Of a stretch of 64,000 bases of DNA, positions 20,702-30,433 are shown piece by piece (the stretch's first letter is position 1; each line of letters begins with the position of its first letter). The notes beneath the pieces were generated by a model. The model worked only from the letters and a program-made list of their open reading frames with translations, was not told where the DNA came from and did not search any database. Where the stretch lies: the NCBI GenBank assembly GCA_031423155.1, contig JANPEZ010000113.1, positions 814 to 64,813 on the forward strand. Direction: 5' to 3'. Origin of the DNA: Actinomycetes bacterium (GTDB lineage: Bacteria; Actinomycetota; UBA4738; HRBIN12). The position numbers were made by a program, and so were the translations under genes.

Positions 20702-20888
20702 TGCCGGTTACGTCGTCGATGATCCCGTCGAAGAACGCGGGCAACTTGCCCGAACTGCGGGCCCAAGCGATCAGCACCACAGCGACTGCGGCAGCAGCGA
20801 GGATCACGAGCGCGTACTCGGCGGTCGTCTGCCCCTCCTCCTTGGCGAAGAACGAACGCAGACGCACGTACATGGAGAGCATCAGCAT
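20685..20888 (-). CDS. flp: Flp pilin (DUF4244/Rv3656c-like)
   Basis: EEG|QTTAEYALV (Flp G|xxxxEY motif); strong SD AGGAGGGAGGTG upstream. Confidence 0.85.
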   Translation of the reverse strand: MLMLSMYVRLRSFFAKEEGQTTAEYALVILAAAAVAVVLIAWARSSGKLPAFFDGIIDDVTGSANGA

Positions 20889-20903
20889 GATTACACCTCC
20901 CTC

Positions 20904-21656
20904 CTAGCGGATGGACTGCATGGTGGTCAGAAGAACCGGCACCACCGTGAGGAGGAGGAATGCAGGCAGCACGAGGAACACGAGCGGGAACAACATCTTG
21001 ACCGGCGCGGTTCGGGCGCGCTCGGTCGTCGCGGCGCGCCGAGCCTGCCTGACTCGCTCGGCCAACTCGGCCGTGGACGAAGCAAGTGAGGAGCCGAGCG
21101 TTTCGGTCCTCGTGAGCGCGGCGACGGTCCTTCGCATGTCGGGCAGATCGAGCCGCTCGGCGAGGGAGTGGAGTTCCTCGCGCCAGCGGGCGCCCAGGGA
21201 TACCGTGCGCACCACGGCGTCCAACTCCTCACCGAGAGGACCGCTCACCGCTTCGGCGGCGCGCTCCAGCGCGAGCGGCGCCGACAACCCCGCGGACGAG
21301 GCCGCCGCTAGAAGATCCAGCAACTGCGGGATCTGCCTGTCGACCGCCGACCGGCGCCTGCCCCCCGCGCGAGCCAGAAGGATCCTCGGTGCCCGAGCCC
21401 CGAGGGCCGCGAACACGATCGCCGCGATGGGTCCGATCGGCATGGGCGCGATCGACCCGAGCAGACCTCCGCCTACGGCGCAAGGGATCGGGTGATCCGC
21501 TGCCCACCTGACGAGCGATCGCCGGCGTCGCCGCTCCATGGCTGAGGCCGGAGTCAGCAGGCTCGCGATCGCGATCGGCTGCCCCCACGCGACGAGCGCA
21601 CCAACGACGAAGAGCAGGGAGAGGGCGACAAGCATCGATGCGACCACCGATTCCAT
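20904..21656 (-). CDS. tadC: Tad secretion membrane protein TadC (T2SSF domain)
   Basis: QLLDLLAAASSAGLS, ETLGSSLA and APVKMLFPLVFLVLPA. ATG 21656 overlaps the tadB TGA. Confidence 0.85.
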   Translation of the reverse strand: MESVVASMLVALSLLFVVGALVAWGQPIAIASLLTPASAMERRRRRSLVRWAADHPIPCAVGGGLLGSIAPMPIGPIAAIVFAALGARAPRILLARAGGRRRSAVDRQIPQLLDLLAAASSAGLSAPLALERAAEAVSGPLGEELDAVVRTVSLGARWREELHSLAERLDLPDMRRTVAALTRTETLGSSLASSTAELAERVRQARRAATTERARTAPVKMLFPLVFLVLPAFLLLTVVPVLLTTMQSIR

Positions 21657-22483
21657 CAGGCGACCCTCAACAGACTTCGGATCCATAGGAACGCGAGCCC
21701 TTGGAGACCGAAACCGATCACGACTGACGCCAGGCCTGTGGGCGTGCGGAACGCCGCGTCGATCTGCTCCCGGGACGTCAGGGCAAGGAACAAGAAGAAC
21801 CCGATCGGCAGGAGGCCCAAGATCGCGCCCGACAAGCGCGCCTGCGCTGTCAGCGCGTGCACTTCCTGAGCGGCTGCGCGGCGTTCCGCCAAGGTCTTGG
21901 CGAGTTGGTCGAGAACGACGGGTAGCTCTCCCCCCGTCCTCCTGTGCAACTTGAGAACGCCGACGAGGAGTTCTGCGTCGGGGCCGGCCGACAGGCCCTC
22001 CCATCCGCCGAGGGCCTCCTCTAGAGGGACGCCGAGCGAGATCTGCTCGAAGACGCGGGCAAGGGTCTCGGCGAGCGGGGCCTCAGACTCCTCGGCTGCG
22101 TACCCGATCGCCTGCGCGAGCGACATCCCGGCGCGCATCGCCGCTGCCAGGGAAAGCGCCGCGTCTGCCAGTTGATCCTCCAGCATCCGGGTGCGAGCCG
22201 CCGAGCGTCGTCGCTCGCGAACCAGGGGCACCGCGGCTACGACCGCGGCGCAAAGGACCAGACCGGGCAGGCGCCAGACGAGCCATCCCAGACCCCCTGC
22301 CGCAAGGCACATGAGCGGTCGAGGGTGTGAAAGGCCGATCCCGCCCCTGCCCGCGGAGCCGATCGATCCACCGGTGGCACCGGCCCGAGCCAGGAGTACT
22401 GAGCGCTCGCCCGAAAGGAGGGCCAGCGCTATCGCGCACCCGGCACCCGCGGTCAACAGACCCACCGTGATAGCCGGCGTCAT
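21656..22483 (-). CDS. tadB: Tad secretion membrane protein TadB (T2SSF domain)
   Basis: QLADA...LAAAMRAGMSLAQA, RTGGEL..VLD and AQARLSGAIL..LP. Start at ATG 22483. Confidence 0.85.
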   Translation of the reverse strand: MTPAITVGLLTAGAGCAIALALLSGERSVLLARAGATGGSIGSAGRGGIGLSHPRPLMCLAAGGLGWLVWRLPGLVLCAAVVAAVPLVRERRRSAARTRMLEDQLADAALSLAAAMRAGMSLAQAIGYAAEESEAPLAETLARVFEQISLGVPLEEALGGWEGLSAGPDAELLVGVLKLHRRTGGELPVVLDQLAKTLAERRAAAQEVHALTAQARLSGAILGLLPIGFFLFLALTSREQIDAAFRTPTGLASVVIGFGLQGLAFLWIRSLLRVA

Positions 22484-23763
22484 GGCGAGTCCTCCCCTGC
22501 CTCGAACAGCGGATCGTCGATGTCTTCTCCTCGCAGGCGCAAGGCCTCGGCCATGACCGGGACCGATCCCGTCGCCTCGAATCGGCCGGTGGCGCCTTCG
22601 CGCGGGCGGAAGGCGAACAGCTCGGTAACGAGCGGCTCTCCACGGCGCGTCCCCTCGACCGCTGCGACCGAATGCAGCACGCGTCTTCCGTCCCGAAGCC
22701 GCGATAGGTGAACGATCACGTCGATCGCCGCAGCAACCTGGTTGCGGATGTGGGCTGCGGGCAGGTCGACGTCCGACATCATCGCCATGGTCTCCAAGCG
22801 CCACAGCAAGTGCCGAGGAGAGTTCGCATGGGCGGTCGAAAGCGAGCCCTCGTGACCCGTGTTCATCGCCTGGAGCATGTCGAGGGCCTCGCCGCCGCGG
22901 ACCTCGCCGACGATGATGCGGTCCGGGCGCATCCTCAAAGCGTTGCGGACCAGGTCGCGGACCGTAACCTCGCCCTTGCCCTCGACGTTGGCGGGCCTAG
23001 CCTCTAAGGACACGACGTGAGGCTTCGTCAGCCGCAGCTCCGCGGCGTCCTCGATGGTGATCAGGCGTTCCTCGTCGGGGATGAACGACGATAGGACACC
23101 GAGCAGCGTCGTCTTGCCGCTACCCGTTCCGCCGGAGACCATCAGGTTCATACGGCCCCGGACACACGCTTGCAGGAACGCCATCATGCGTGGGCCGGCG
23201 CTGCCCGAGGCCACCAGGTCCGCCGGCGTCATCGGCACCGGCGAGAACTTGCGGATCGTCAGCACTGGACCGCGGAGCGAAAGGGGCGGGATGATCGCAT
23301 GGACACGACTGCCTTCCGGAAGTCGAGCGTCCGCCCAAGGCGACGATCCATCGACCCGAAGACCAAGCGGCCCAACGATCCTCTCGATCAGGTGCACGAC
23401 GGACTCCTCCCCCTCGAATAGTCCATCGGGCGCCCTTTCGATCCGCCCCTTCCGCTCCACGTACACGTCGTCGGGTCCGTTGACCATGACCTCGGTCACG
23501 TCCGGGTCCTTGAGCAGGAACTCGATCGGACCGAACCCGACGACCTCGTCTGATATCTCGTTCACCACGCGAGCCAGCTCGCGCTGAGGAAGGATGGCCC
23601 CGCTGGCACGCAGGACCGCGAGCGCCTCCTCGCGCACCCGCAGCCGCCGCTCCGTGCGAGGCGCCGCCGCGAGCGCGCTCGCATCCACCCGCTGGCGTAG
23701 CTGCTCGCGCAGATCCGCCCGCACGCTCGCCAGAACCTCCGCTCGCTGCCCAGCCTTCTCCAA
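22480..23763 (-). CDS. tadA: Tad pilus assembly ATPase CpaF/TadA
   Basis: [19 protein letters not shown], Walker [34 protein letters not shown] and AMNTGHEG. Start placed at TTG 23763 (AGGAG 7 nt upstream); the ORF is open to 23838. Confidence 0.95.
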   Translation of the reverse strand: MEKAGQRAEVLASVRADLREQLRQRVDASALAAAPRTERRLRVREEALAVLRASGAILPQRELARVVNEISDEVVGFGPIEFLLKDPDVTEVMVNGPDDVYVERKGRIERAPDGLFEGEESVVHLIERIVGPLGLRVDGSSPWADARLPEGSRVHAIIPPLSLRGPVLTIRKFSPVPMTPADLVASGSAGPRMMAFLQACVRGRMNLMVSGGTGSGKTTLLGVLSSFIPDEERLITIEDAAELRLTKPHVVSLEARPANVEGKGEVTVRDLVRNALRMRPDRIIVGEVRGGEALDMLQAMNTGHEGSLSTAHANSPRHLLWRLETMAMMSDVDLPAAHIRNQVAAAIDVIVHLSRLRDGRRVLHSVAAVEGTRRGEPLVTELFAFRPREGATGRFEATGSVPVMAEALRLRGEDIDDPLFEAGEDSP

Positions 23764-24123
23764 AGCTCCGCTCCTCAGCACATGGGGAAGACCACACACC
23801 TGCGAGGGAGAGGAGGCGGCGACCGGCTCAACGAACAACCGACCACCGAAGGGATGGGAAGGCTAACCCGGAACCAACAGCACTTGAATCCCCAGACCGA
23901 CCGATTCCCGTTTCTTGTCGGGGGATGCGAGCGCGACACGCCGGCCCACCCGAAGTGATGCACGTCTCGTCCGTCAGGGATCCATCGGCCCGGCACTGCA
24001 GGAACAGACGGCAGGTCCCTCCCCCTTGCTGGATGCAACCCCGAGAAGCGAAGATACGCCCGTGGAGGACCTCAAGCAGGACGCCGGAGAGGGCGAACGA
24101 CGGCTCTGTTGGGTGACAAGCTG

Positions 24124-25467
24124 ATGCGCCGCGGAGACGTCCAGTTCGCGTGGAGCGACGACGTCGCGATCGCCTATCAGGTTGTCGGCGACGGCGCGCT
24201 CGATCTCATCTATCTACCCACCCTCTTGTCGAACCTCGACTGGCAATGGGAGCATCCGCGGCACGCGCGGTTCCTCGAACGGCTCGCGGAGTTCTCCAGG
24301 CTGATCGTGGTCGACCGGCGGGGCTGGGGCTGCTCGGATCGGGTCACGCCCGGATCCTTCCCGCCGCTCGAGGTGGCCGCCGACGACCTGATCGCCGTAC
24401 TCGACGCCATCGGCTCGTCGAAGGCTGCGCTCTTCGCCGGCGGCGAGGCCGGCTGGGTCGCTTCGATCGCTGCCGCGACGCATCCGGATCGGTTCTCCGC
24501 CTTGATCCTGTACCAGTCGGCCGCCGCCTGGGTCCGCACCGAGGAGACACCGTGGAACAACTCGCCGGAAGAATGGCAGGCGCAGGAGTCCTACTGGCTG
24601 GGCGCCGGAACGGTGAGTTTCATGGAGGGTTGGATCCGCGAGAACGAGCCCTCGCTCGCCGGCGATCGCGCGGCGGCCGAGTACCTGTCGAAGCTCGCCC
24701 GGGGGACGATCGGCGTGGGCGGTGCTCTGGCGGAATTCCGTCGCTATTACACCACCGATATCCGCGCGATCTTGCCATCTATCCAAGCGCCGACACTCGT
24801 GCTCTGCCGACCGGCGAACAAGACCGAATCACCGGAGAACGGCCCCTTCCTCGCCTCGAAGATCCCCGGCTCACGCTTCGTCGAGGTTCCCGGCGCCAAC
24901 TACATGCCGTGGACCGGTGAGTCCGAGGCTCTCATCGGAGAGATCGAGGAGTTCCTCACCGGCGTTCGCCACCAACCTATGTCCGATCGCGTGCTTGCGA
25001 CCGTGCTCTTCACCGACATCGTCGGCTCGACCGAGAAAGTGGCCCGATCCGGCGACGCGCGATGGAAGGATCTGTTGGCGTCGCACGACGAGAGGGCGAA
25101 GATCGAGATCGAAAGACACCGGGGGCGATATATAGACTCCACCGGTGATGGGCTACTGGCGACTTTCGACGGGCCGGCCCGTGCCGTGCGGTGCGCGGAA
25201 TCGTTGGGAGCAGCGGTACGCGACCTCGGCATCGAGATCCGCGCCGGCGTGCACACCGGAGAGGTTGAGCTCGATGGCGATGCGGTAACCGGCATCGCGG
25301 TCCACATCGGAGCACGTGTCGCCGCGCTGGCCGGCCCTTCTGAAGTACTCGTCTCCTCGACCGTAAGGAACCTCGTCGCCGGATCCGGGCTCGAATTCGA
25401 AGACGCGCACGAGCACGAACTCAAAGGCGTCCCCGATCGCTGGCACCTGTACCGGGTGGTGAAGTAG
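24124..25467 (+). CDS. Alpha/beta-hydrolase fused to class III adenylate/guanylate cyclase (LipJ/Rv1900c-like)
   Basis: IAYQVVGDG, DRRGWGCSDR; ATVLFTDIVGST, STGDGLLATFDGP, IRAGVHTGEVE and GIAVHIGARV. Confidence 0.9.
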   Translation: MRRGDVQFAWSDDVAIAYQVVGDGALDLIYLPTLLSNLDWQWEHPRHARFLERLAEFSRLIVVDRRGWGCSDRVTPGSFPPLEVAADDLIAVLDAIGSSKAALFAGGEAGWVASIAAATHPDRFSALILYQSAAAWVRTEETPWNNSPEEWQAQESYWLGAGTVSFMEGWIRENEPSLAGDRAAAEYLSKLARGTIGVGGALAEFRRYYTTDIRAILPSIQAPTLVLCRPANKTESPENGPFLASKIPGSRFVEVPGANYMPWTGESEALIGEIEEFLTGVRHQPMSDRVLATVLFTDIVGSTEKVARSGDARWKDLLASHDERAKIEIERHRGRYIDSTGDGLLATFDGPARAVRCAESLGAAVRDLGIEIRAGVHTGEVELDGDAVTGIAVHIGARVAALAGPSEVLVSSTVRNLVAGSGLEFEDAHEHELKGVPDRWHLYRVVK

Positions 25468-25565
25468 GGGCGTCGGCGTCGCGAACCTCAGTCTCGTTCT
25501 CTGAAGACCCTTCCCGAACGACTGGTACCCAGCCTGACATCGGGGCGGCGATCCAGGGTTAGCTC

Positions 25566-25955
25566 TCAGGCCTCGTCAGTAGATGCCTGTCCGGTCACCG
25601 CGAATAGCTTGTTCACGATCTTCCACGCGCCGTCGACCTTGATCAGCGAGAAGTAGTCGACGTAGTCCATCCCGTGGTAGTCATCCTCAGCCAGCACCGC
25701 TACCGCTGCGTCTTCGACCACATCGATGCTTACGATGCGGTAGCGGAACCCCGGGCCGGGGATCGGCATCGTCGCGACGTACTCGAAGAATTCGCCGATA
25801 GGTATGTCGGAGCGCTCGTCGCCTTCGTTGCCGAACATGCGGGCGCTCTCGTGAAACGCCTCTTTCAGCAGTCCTACGTCTGCCTTGGCCGCTCCGTCGA
25901 CGTACATCTGCACGACCGCCGCGACCGCGTCGAGTTCGTCCATCCGCTCACTCAT
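25566..25955 (-). CDS. NTF2-like / lumazine-binding_2 family protein
   Basis: LKEAFHESARM and YVDYFSLIKVDGAWKIVNKLF. Confidence 0.85.
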   Translation of the reverse strand: MSERMDELDAVAAVVQMYVDGAAKADVGLLKEAFHESARMFGNEGDERSDIPIGEFFEYVATMPIPGPGFRYRIVSIDVVEDAAVAVLAEDDYHGMDYVDYFSLIKVDGAWKIVNKLFAVTGQASTDEA

Positions 25956-26039
25956 GCCGTCCCCTTTCCACCGGCCCCCACTCGGGACCTCCCCGGCGCG
26001 TCACGACACACTGTAGACCCCTCGCCGGTCGGGACGCCG

Positions 26040-26198
26040 GTAGGAATCTCTCGCTCGACGCCACACGTCCTGCTCGACGACTCAACGCTGAGCGACACGA
26101 GAACCGGATACCTGCCGATCTGGTCGCCGGACTCGTCGAGCTTCGTCGTCTCGATCCCCGGAGAAGGCGGGAGGCCTGAATCCCTCAACAGGGTTTAG
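26040..26198 (+). pseudogene. Possible start-less remnant of a PD40/TolB-like propeller gene
   Basis: Frame reads ...TGYLPIWSPDSSSFVVSIP..., resembling the P-x-WSPD repeat. No start codon or SD. Confidence 0.25.
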
Positions 26199-26235
26199 TC
26201 TGCCCGGACGTCAGAGCCAGAAGGGGATCCCGCAC

Positions 26236-27435
26236 ATGTCCGAGCAGGCGAAGAAGAGCACTTTCTACGACTTCCTATCCCGGTACGCCGAGGGCGACTT
26301 CGACACGTACATGGCCAACTCGACCCAGGACGAGGACTACCTGAACTGGAACGGGTACACCCTCCCCTACGTGTTCGTCGACGAGGAGCAGGAGTACAAC
26401 GCCGTTCGCACCGGATGCGCCCTGTTCGACGCGACCCCGGCGCGCAAGTACCGCATCCGCGGCGCCAACGCAGGCGCGTTCATGGACTACCTGATGACCC
26501 GGTCGATGACCGCTCTGCCGACGATGCGGGCCACCTACGGCATCTGGTGCACGCAGGACGGCATGCTCAACGATGACTCCATGACGTACAAGCTCGCCGA
26601 GGACCACTACATCGTCATGGCCGCCGAGGTGAACCACGACGAGCTCTTCGCCGAGATCGCGGCGCGCTTCGCAGACGTTTCCGTCGTCGACGACTCCGCT
26701 TCGCTGGCCGGCATGGCGGTGCAGGGCGCCAAGTCGTGCGCCGCGCTGAACAGCTTCGGTTTCTCCGGAATCGAGAACCTCAAACCCTTCGAGGTGAAGT
26801 TCTTCGACCTGGCCGGCGGCGAGGTCATGGTGGCGCGCGTCGGATTCACCGGAGACCTCGGCTACGAGATCTGGTTCAAGCCCGACCTATGCGCGGCCGT
26901 GGAGGATGCGTTCCTCGCGGCGGAGAAGGCGCTGGGTATCCGGATCGCCGGATACGGCCTGACGACGATCCAGCTCTGCCGGATGGAAGGCGGCATGATC
27001 GTCCCCGGATGGGACACGGCCCAGTCCTTCGAGGACCCCGAGTTCGAGCGCAGCCCTTTCGAAATGGGGATGGCCTGGAACGTAGACCTGGATCGCGACG
27101 ACGATTTCCTCGGCAAAGAGGCGCTGCTCAAGGAGCGGGCGGGCGGCTCTCGGTTCGTCATGAAGGGGTTCTCGATCGACGTGGAATGCGACCTGGCGGA
27201 CGGGGCCGAGCTGTTCGCCGCGTTAGACGGCGAGGCCGTTCAGGTCGGCACCTTGCCCTCGGTCTCCTGGTCGCACACCGCGAAAGGCTGGATCGGCCTG
27301 TCGTCCTTAAGGACCGAACACGCCGGCCTGTCGGAGGGTTTCGTCGAGATCGATGGCGAGAAGATCGCGTGTCGGATCGTCGAACTTCCCTTCATCGACC
27401 TGGAACGAAGGCGTCAGGTGCCGGCGCCGCTGTAG
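26236..27435 (+). CDS. GcvT-family aminomethyltransferase / THF-dependent demethylase-like protein
   Basis: EYNAVRTGCALFD, ARVGFTGDLGYEIW, YGLTTIQLCRMEGG and SPFEMGMAWNVDL. No gcvH/gcvP nearby. Confidence 0.88.
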   Translation: MSEQAKKSTFYDFLSRYAEGDFDTYMANSTQDEDYLNWNGYTLPYVFVDEEQEYNAVRTGCALFDATPARKYRIRGANAGAFMDYLMTRSMTALPTMRATYGIWCTQDGMLNDDSMTYKLAEDHYIVMAAEVNHDELFAEIAARFADVSVVDDSASLAGMAVQGAKSCAALNSFGFSGIENLKPFEVKFFDLAGGEVMVARVGFTGDLGYEIWFKPDLCAAVEDAFLAAEKALGIRIAGYGLTTIQLCRMEGGMIVPGWDTAQSFEDPEFERSPFEMGMAWNVDLDRDDDFLGKEALLKERAGGSRFVMKGFSIDVECDLADGAELFAALDGEAVQVGTLPSVSWSHTAKGWIGLSSLRTEHAGLSEGFVEIDGEKIACRIVELPFIDLERRRQVPAPL

Positions 27436-27446
27436 CAACAGCGCCT

Positions 27447-28634
27447 CTACACCCAAACGTCGCGCAGGGCTCGCATGACGTTGCCGCCGGCCAGCTTCGC
27501 GATCTGTTCGTCCGTGTAGCCGTGGGCGACCAGCCAGCGGATCACGTTCGGGAACTCGCTGGGGTTCTCCAGGCCTTCGACGTAGTCGATGTCGAGGTGA
27601 TCGGGCTCGTCGCCGCTGCTCAGGAAGTCGGCGTAGCGCCGGTGCAGCTCGACGTGGTCGCCGAAGAACGTGTCGGGGCCGAAGGCGACGTTATCGATAC
27701 CCATCACGTCGATGCAGTACTCGGCGTGAGCCATGACCGTCTCGAGCGAGTGCGGCTGACCGGGCACCTCGGTCGTGTGCGGCGAAGCCTCGATGCCGAT
27801 GACCCCTCCGGTCGCCGCCACCGCCTTAAGCAGGTCGTCGTTCTTCATCTTCATCTCGGCGAATAGCGCTCTTGCCCCGGAGTGCGATAGGAATACCGGC
27901 GCGGTCGATAGGTCGCAGGTCTGCATGGCCGTGACGTCGCCCGTGTGCGACAGATCGATCGCCAAGCCGAGGCGGTTCATCCGCGTGACCGCCTTGCGGC
28001 CGAAGACCGTGAGTCCCCCGTCGCCGGGGTCACGCACTCCCCCACCTAGCTGGTTGGACTCACTGTAGGCCACGCCGATCATGCGCACGCCCAGGCCGTA
28101 GAGGATGTCCAGCCGGTCCAGCTCGTTCTCGATCGGCGCGGCACCCTCGACGCAGGCGATCATCGCGATCCGGCCGGTCGCGTGCGCGCGCTCGATGTCG
28201 GCCACGGTAGTCCCCAGGAACATCGTCGTCTGATGCGCCAGGTCGGAAAGGTGCATGCCCAGGTCGTGGATCACGTCGGTCCACTTCCAACCGCCCGCCG
28301 AGGTGATCGTCGCCGTCCCGTCGAGGAAGTTCTCGAAGACGGCGTCAAGGCCCGAGGCGGCCAGTCCCTCGTAGCCGTACCACTCACGGCCCTGGCGGAT
28401 GTAGGCGTCGTTGTCATCCCAGTCCGCGGGCGCTATCCCGCCGTGTTCGTGCAGGGAGATGCAGACGTTCTCCCGGAGCAAGCGTTGGGTCCTAGCCTCG
28501 TCGTCGGCGGACAACGGCACGACGAAGGGCTCGACCCGGCCGAGCTGGGGTGCGAGTTCGAAGACGGTGAAGTCCTCCCCCGGCACCAGGTATGAGAAGG
28601 ACCGGTACCCGTCCCAGCGCTTCTTGGGCTCCAT
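27447..28634 (-). CDS. Membrane dipeptidase (peptidase M19)
   Basis: SLHEH, VEGA, GLTVFGRKAVTRMNRLG..IDLSH, SHS, GGVIGI and KLAGGNVMR. Confidence 0.9.
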   Translation of the reverse strand: MEPKKRWDGYRSFSYLVPGEDFTVFELAPQLGRVEPFVVPLSADDEARTQRLLRENVCISLHEHGGIAPADWDDNDAYIRQGREWYGYEGLAASGLDAVFENFLDGTATITSAGGWKWTDVIHDLGMHLSDLAHQTTMFLGTTVADIERAHATGRIAMIACVEGAAPIENELDRLDILYGLGVRMIGVAYSESNQLGGGVRDPGDGGLTVFGRKAVTRMNRLGLAIDLSHTGDVTAMQTCDLSTAPVFLSHSGARALFAEMKMKNDDLLKAVAATGGVIGIEASPHTTEVPGQPHSLETVMAHAEYCIDVMGIDNVAFGPDTFFGDHVELHRRYADFLSSGDEPDHLDIDYVEGLENPSEFPNVIRWLVAHGYTDEQIAKLAGGNVMRALRDVWV

Positions 28635-28712
28635 CGCTCGCGAGGCTATCGCACCCGAAAGAACGGCGTTGTCATCTCATGTGGCGAGAACCGAGTACGG
28701 CGATCTACTCGG

Positions 28713-29156
28713 TTACCTGTAGCCGACGCGCCCGAAGGGCCAGTCGCGCGCCAGCCAGTCCGACACCGCCTGCCACAAGGGAGCATCGAGCTCGGCGCGG
28801 GAAACCCTGACCCAGGACTGGACCCTCGCGTCGTGATCCTGGCTCGGGTAGATGTACACGCACCCGATCTCCTCGCCCGTGACCGGATCCATGACCGCGT
28901 ATGTGAAGCCTCGCCGCGCTTGGAAGTCGGCTTCATGTCCTTCGAGATCGGCGAGGTTCTCCTCGATGGTCATCGGCACCGGCCAGGGATCGTCGCCGTC
29001 ATCGAAGCCGGGCGTGGCGTGGATGTGCTCGATGCTGGACATCCACGCCTCATGGTCGATCTCGTTATGACGCGGCGCGAGAGGTTCCAGACGCATGCCC
29101 GGCACTTCCACGCCGAGTGGCACCTGGAAGTCTTCGGGGACGAACGGCTCCGTCAT
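28713..29156 (-). CDS. GNAT (RimJ/RimL-like) family protein
   Basis: FTYAVMDP...IGCVYIYP and SWVR; leaderless TAGACT-N7-ATG. Confidence 0.72.
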   Translation of the reverse strand: MTEPFVPEDFQVPLGVEVPGMRLEPLAPRHNEIDHEAWMSSIEHIHATPGFDDGDDPWPVPMTIEENLADLEGHEADFQARRGFTYAVMDPVTGEEIGCVYIYPSQDHDARVQSWVRVSRAELDAPLWQAVSDWLARDWPFGRVGYR

Positions 29157-29171
29157 GCGGCGCAGTCTAGT

Positions 29172-30266
29172 TCAGCCGGCCTCGCGGTCTTCCTCCTCCG
29201 CGGTTGCTAGCTTCGCCGCGAGCTTTTCGAAGGCGCGGCCCGTCCTGCCGCGCCGAGGGAGCAGGCGGCCGTGGTCCTGGGCGGCTGCGACTCCGGCGTC
29301 CACCGGGATGACCGCGATGGGCGCGTTGCCGAAGACTCGGCCAACGTCGGCGGGCGTGACCTCTGCCCGGTGGGCGCGATTGACGACGAATCCGACCTTG
29401 TCCAGGGCGCCGGCCGACTCGATAGCCGCCATCGCGCGTTTGGCGTCACGGAACGCCAGCACGTCCAGCGAGAGAACCACCAGGACCCGGTCAGCGATCG
29501 CGAAGCCGCAACGCGCGAACTCATCGAGCGCGCGGGGCAGATGAAGGATGACGACGTCAGCCGATGAAGCGGCGGCCTCGACCGCCGTTCGCAGGACGTT
29601 CGCCCCGACCGCCAGGGCCTCCTCGGCCTCGGGCGCCAGCAGCGCACGGAATCCGTCGGGGTGCGGCCACAAGATCTCGTCCAGATGCGCCGGCGAAAGC
29701 TCATCGATCAAGGGCAAGACGTCGGAAACGGTCCGGATGCCTTCCGTGGGCGCTCCGATCGCGCCGGCGACGTCTCCGAAGATCGGATCCATATCGATCA
29801 ACACGGTCTCGGCAGAACGGCGAGCGAAAGCTGCGGAAAGGTGGGTGGCGACGAACGTTGCCCCGACCCCGCCGCGCGGGCCGTAGACCGCGACCACCGT
29901 CGCCCGCCTGCCCGTCGTCGCCGCCGGCGCGGCAGAGGCCTCCGCGGCTCCGAGCAACTCCTGTCGATCCGCGGGCCAGACATAGAAGCCCCGCGCGCCG
30001 GCGCGGATGGCGCTGCGAAGAGCCGCCACCGACTCGCGGGTTTCGACCGCCAGCAGCGCCGCCCCTCCCGACAGTCCGGCACCTGCCAGAGACGGCTGCG
30101 CCACTACCGCGTCGGGCTCCAACTGGCGCACCGCCTCGACCAGCTGAACCCCGTCACCGCACATACCGACTATCTGTATCCGTCCGTTCCGATCGAGGAA
30201 GTGCATGACCTCCTCGGCAACGTCGTGCTCTTCGATGGCCAGGACCACCCTTGCGACTTCGACCAC
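29172..30266 (-). CDS. cpaE: CpaE/TadZ (Ssd-like) pilus localisation protein: receiver-like domain plus degenerate MinD/ParA ATPase
   Basis: AIRAGARGF, deviant Walker A GPRGGVGAT, LIDMDPIFGD and FVVNR. Confidence 0.85.
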   Translation of the reverse strand: MVEVARVVLAIEEHDVAEEVMHFLDRNGRIQIVGMCGDGVQLVEAVRQLEPDAVVAQPSLAGAGLSGGAALLAVETRESVAALRSAIRAGARGFYVWPADRQELLGAAEASAAPAATTGRRATVVAVYGPRGGVGATFVATHLSAAFARRSAETVLIDMDPIFGDVAGAIGAPTEGIRTVSDVLPLIDELSPAHLDEILWPHPDGFRALLAPEAEEALAVGANVLRTAVEAAASSADVVILHLPRALDEFARCGFAIADRVLVVLSLDVLAFRDAKRAMAAIESAGALDKVGFVVNRAHRAEVTPADVGRVFGNAPIAVIPVDAGVAAAQDHGRLLPRRGRTGRAFEKLAAKLATAEEEDREAG

Positions 30267-30396
30267 GTGCGACCCTCCCCTGCTCGCGAGGAAGAGGAAG
30301 GGATGTGGACACTAGCGACGCGCGCCTTTCGGACCTATCCCCAACCCGGCCGATTTCCGGCCGACACCCGGGGGAGCGTTCAGGCCGGCCTCGGCG

Positions 30397-30426
30397 GATG
30401 AGCGGTGACGGAGGTCACCGCTCATC
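30397..30426 (-). terminator. Perfect 13-bp hairpin downstream of the LLM gene
   Basis: GATGAGCGGTGAC-ggag-GTCACCGCTCATC, 7 nt past the LLM stop, with no U-tract. Confidence 0.7.
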
Positions 30427-30433
30427 GCGTCCG

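Noticed and set aside
23830-23920. c-di-AMP (ydaO) or c-di-GMP riboswitch upstream of tadA
   Set aside because: Isolated words (GAATCC, GCTAACCCGG, GGGTTAGCCTTCCC) resemble ydaO pieces but are in the wrong order or on the wrong strand; no full consensus can be built by eye.
23915-29170. Calling the block between tadA and cpaE a mobile element
   Set aside because: No integrase, transposase, terminal inverted repeats or target duplications were visible.
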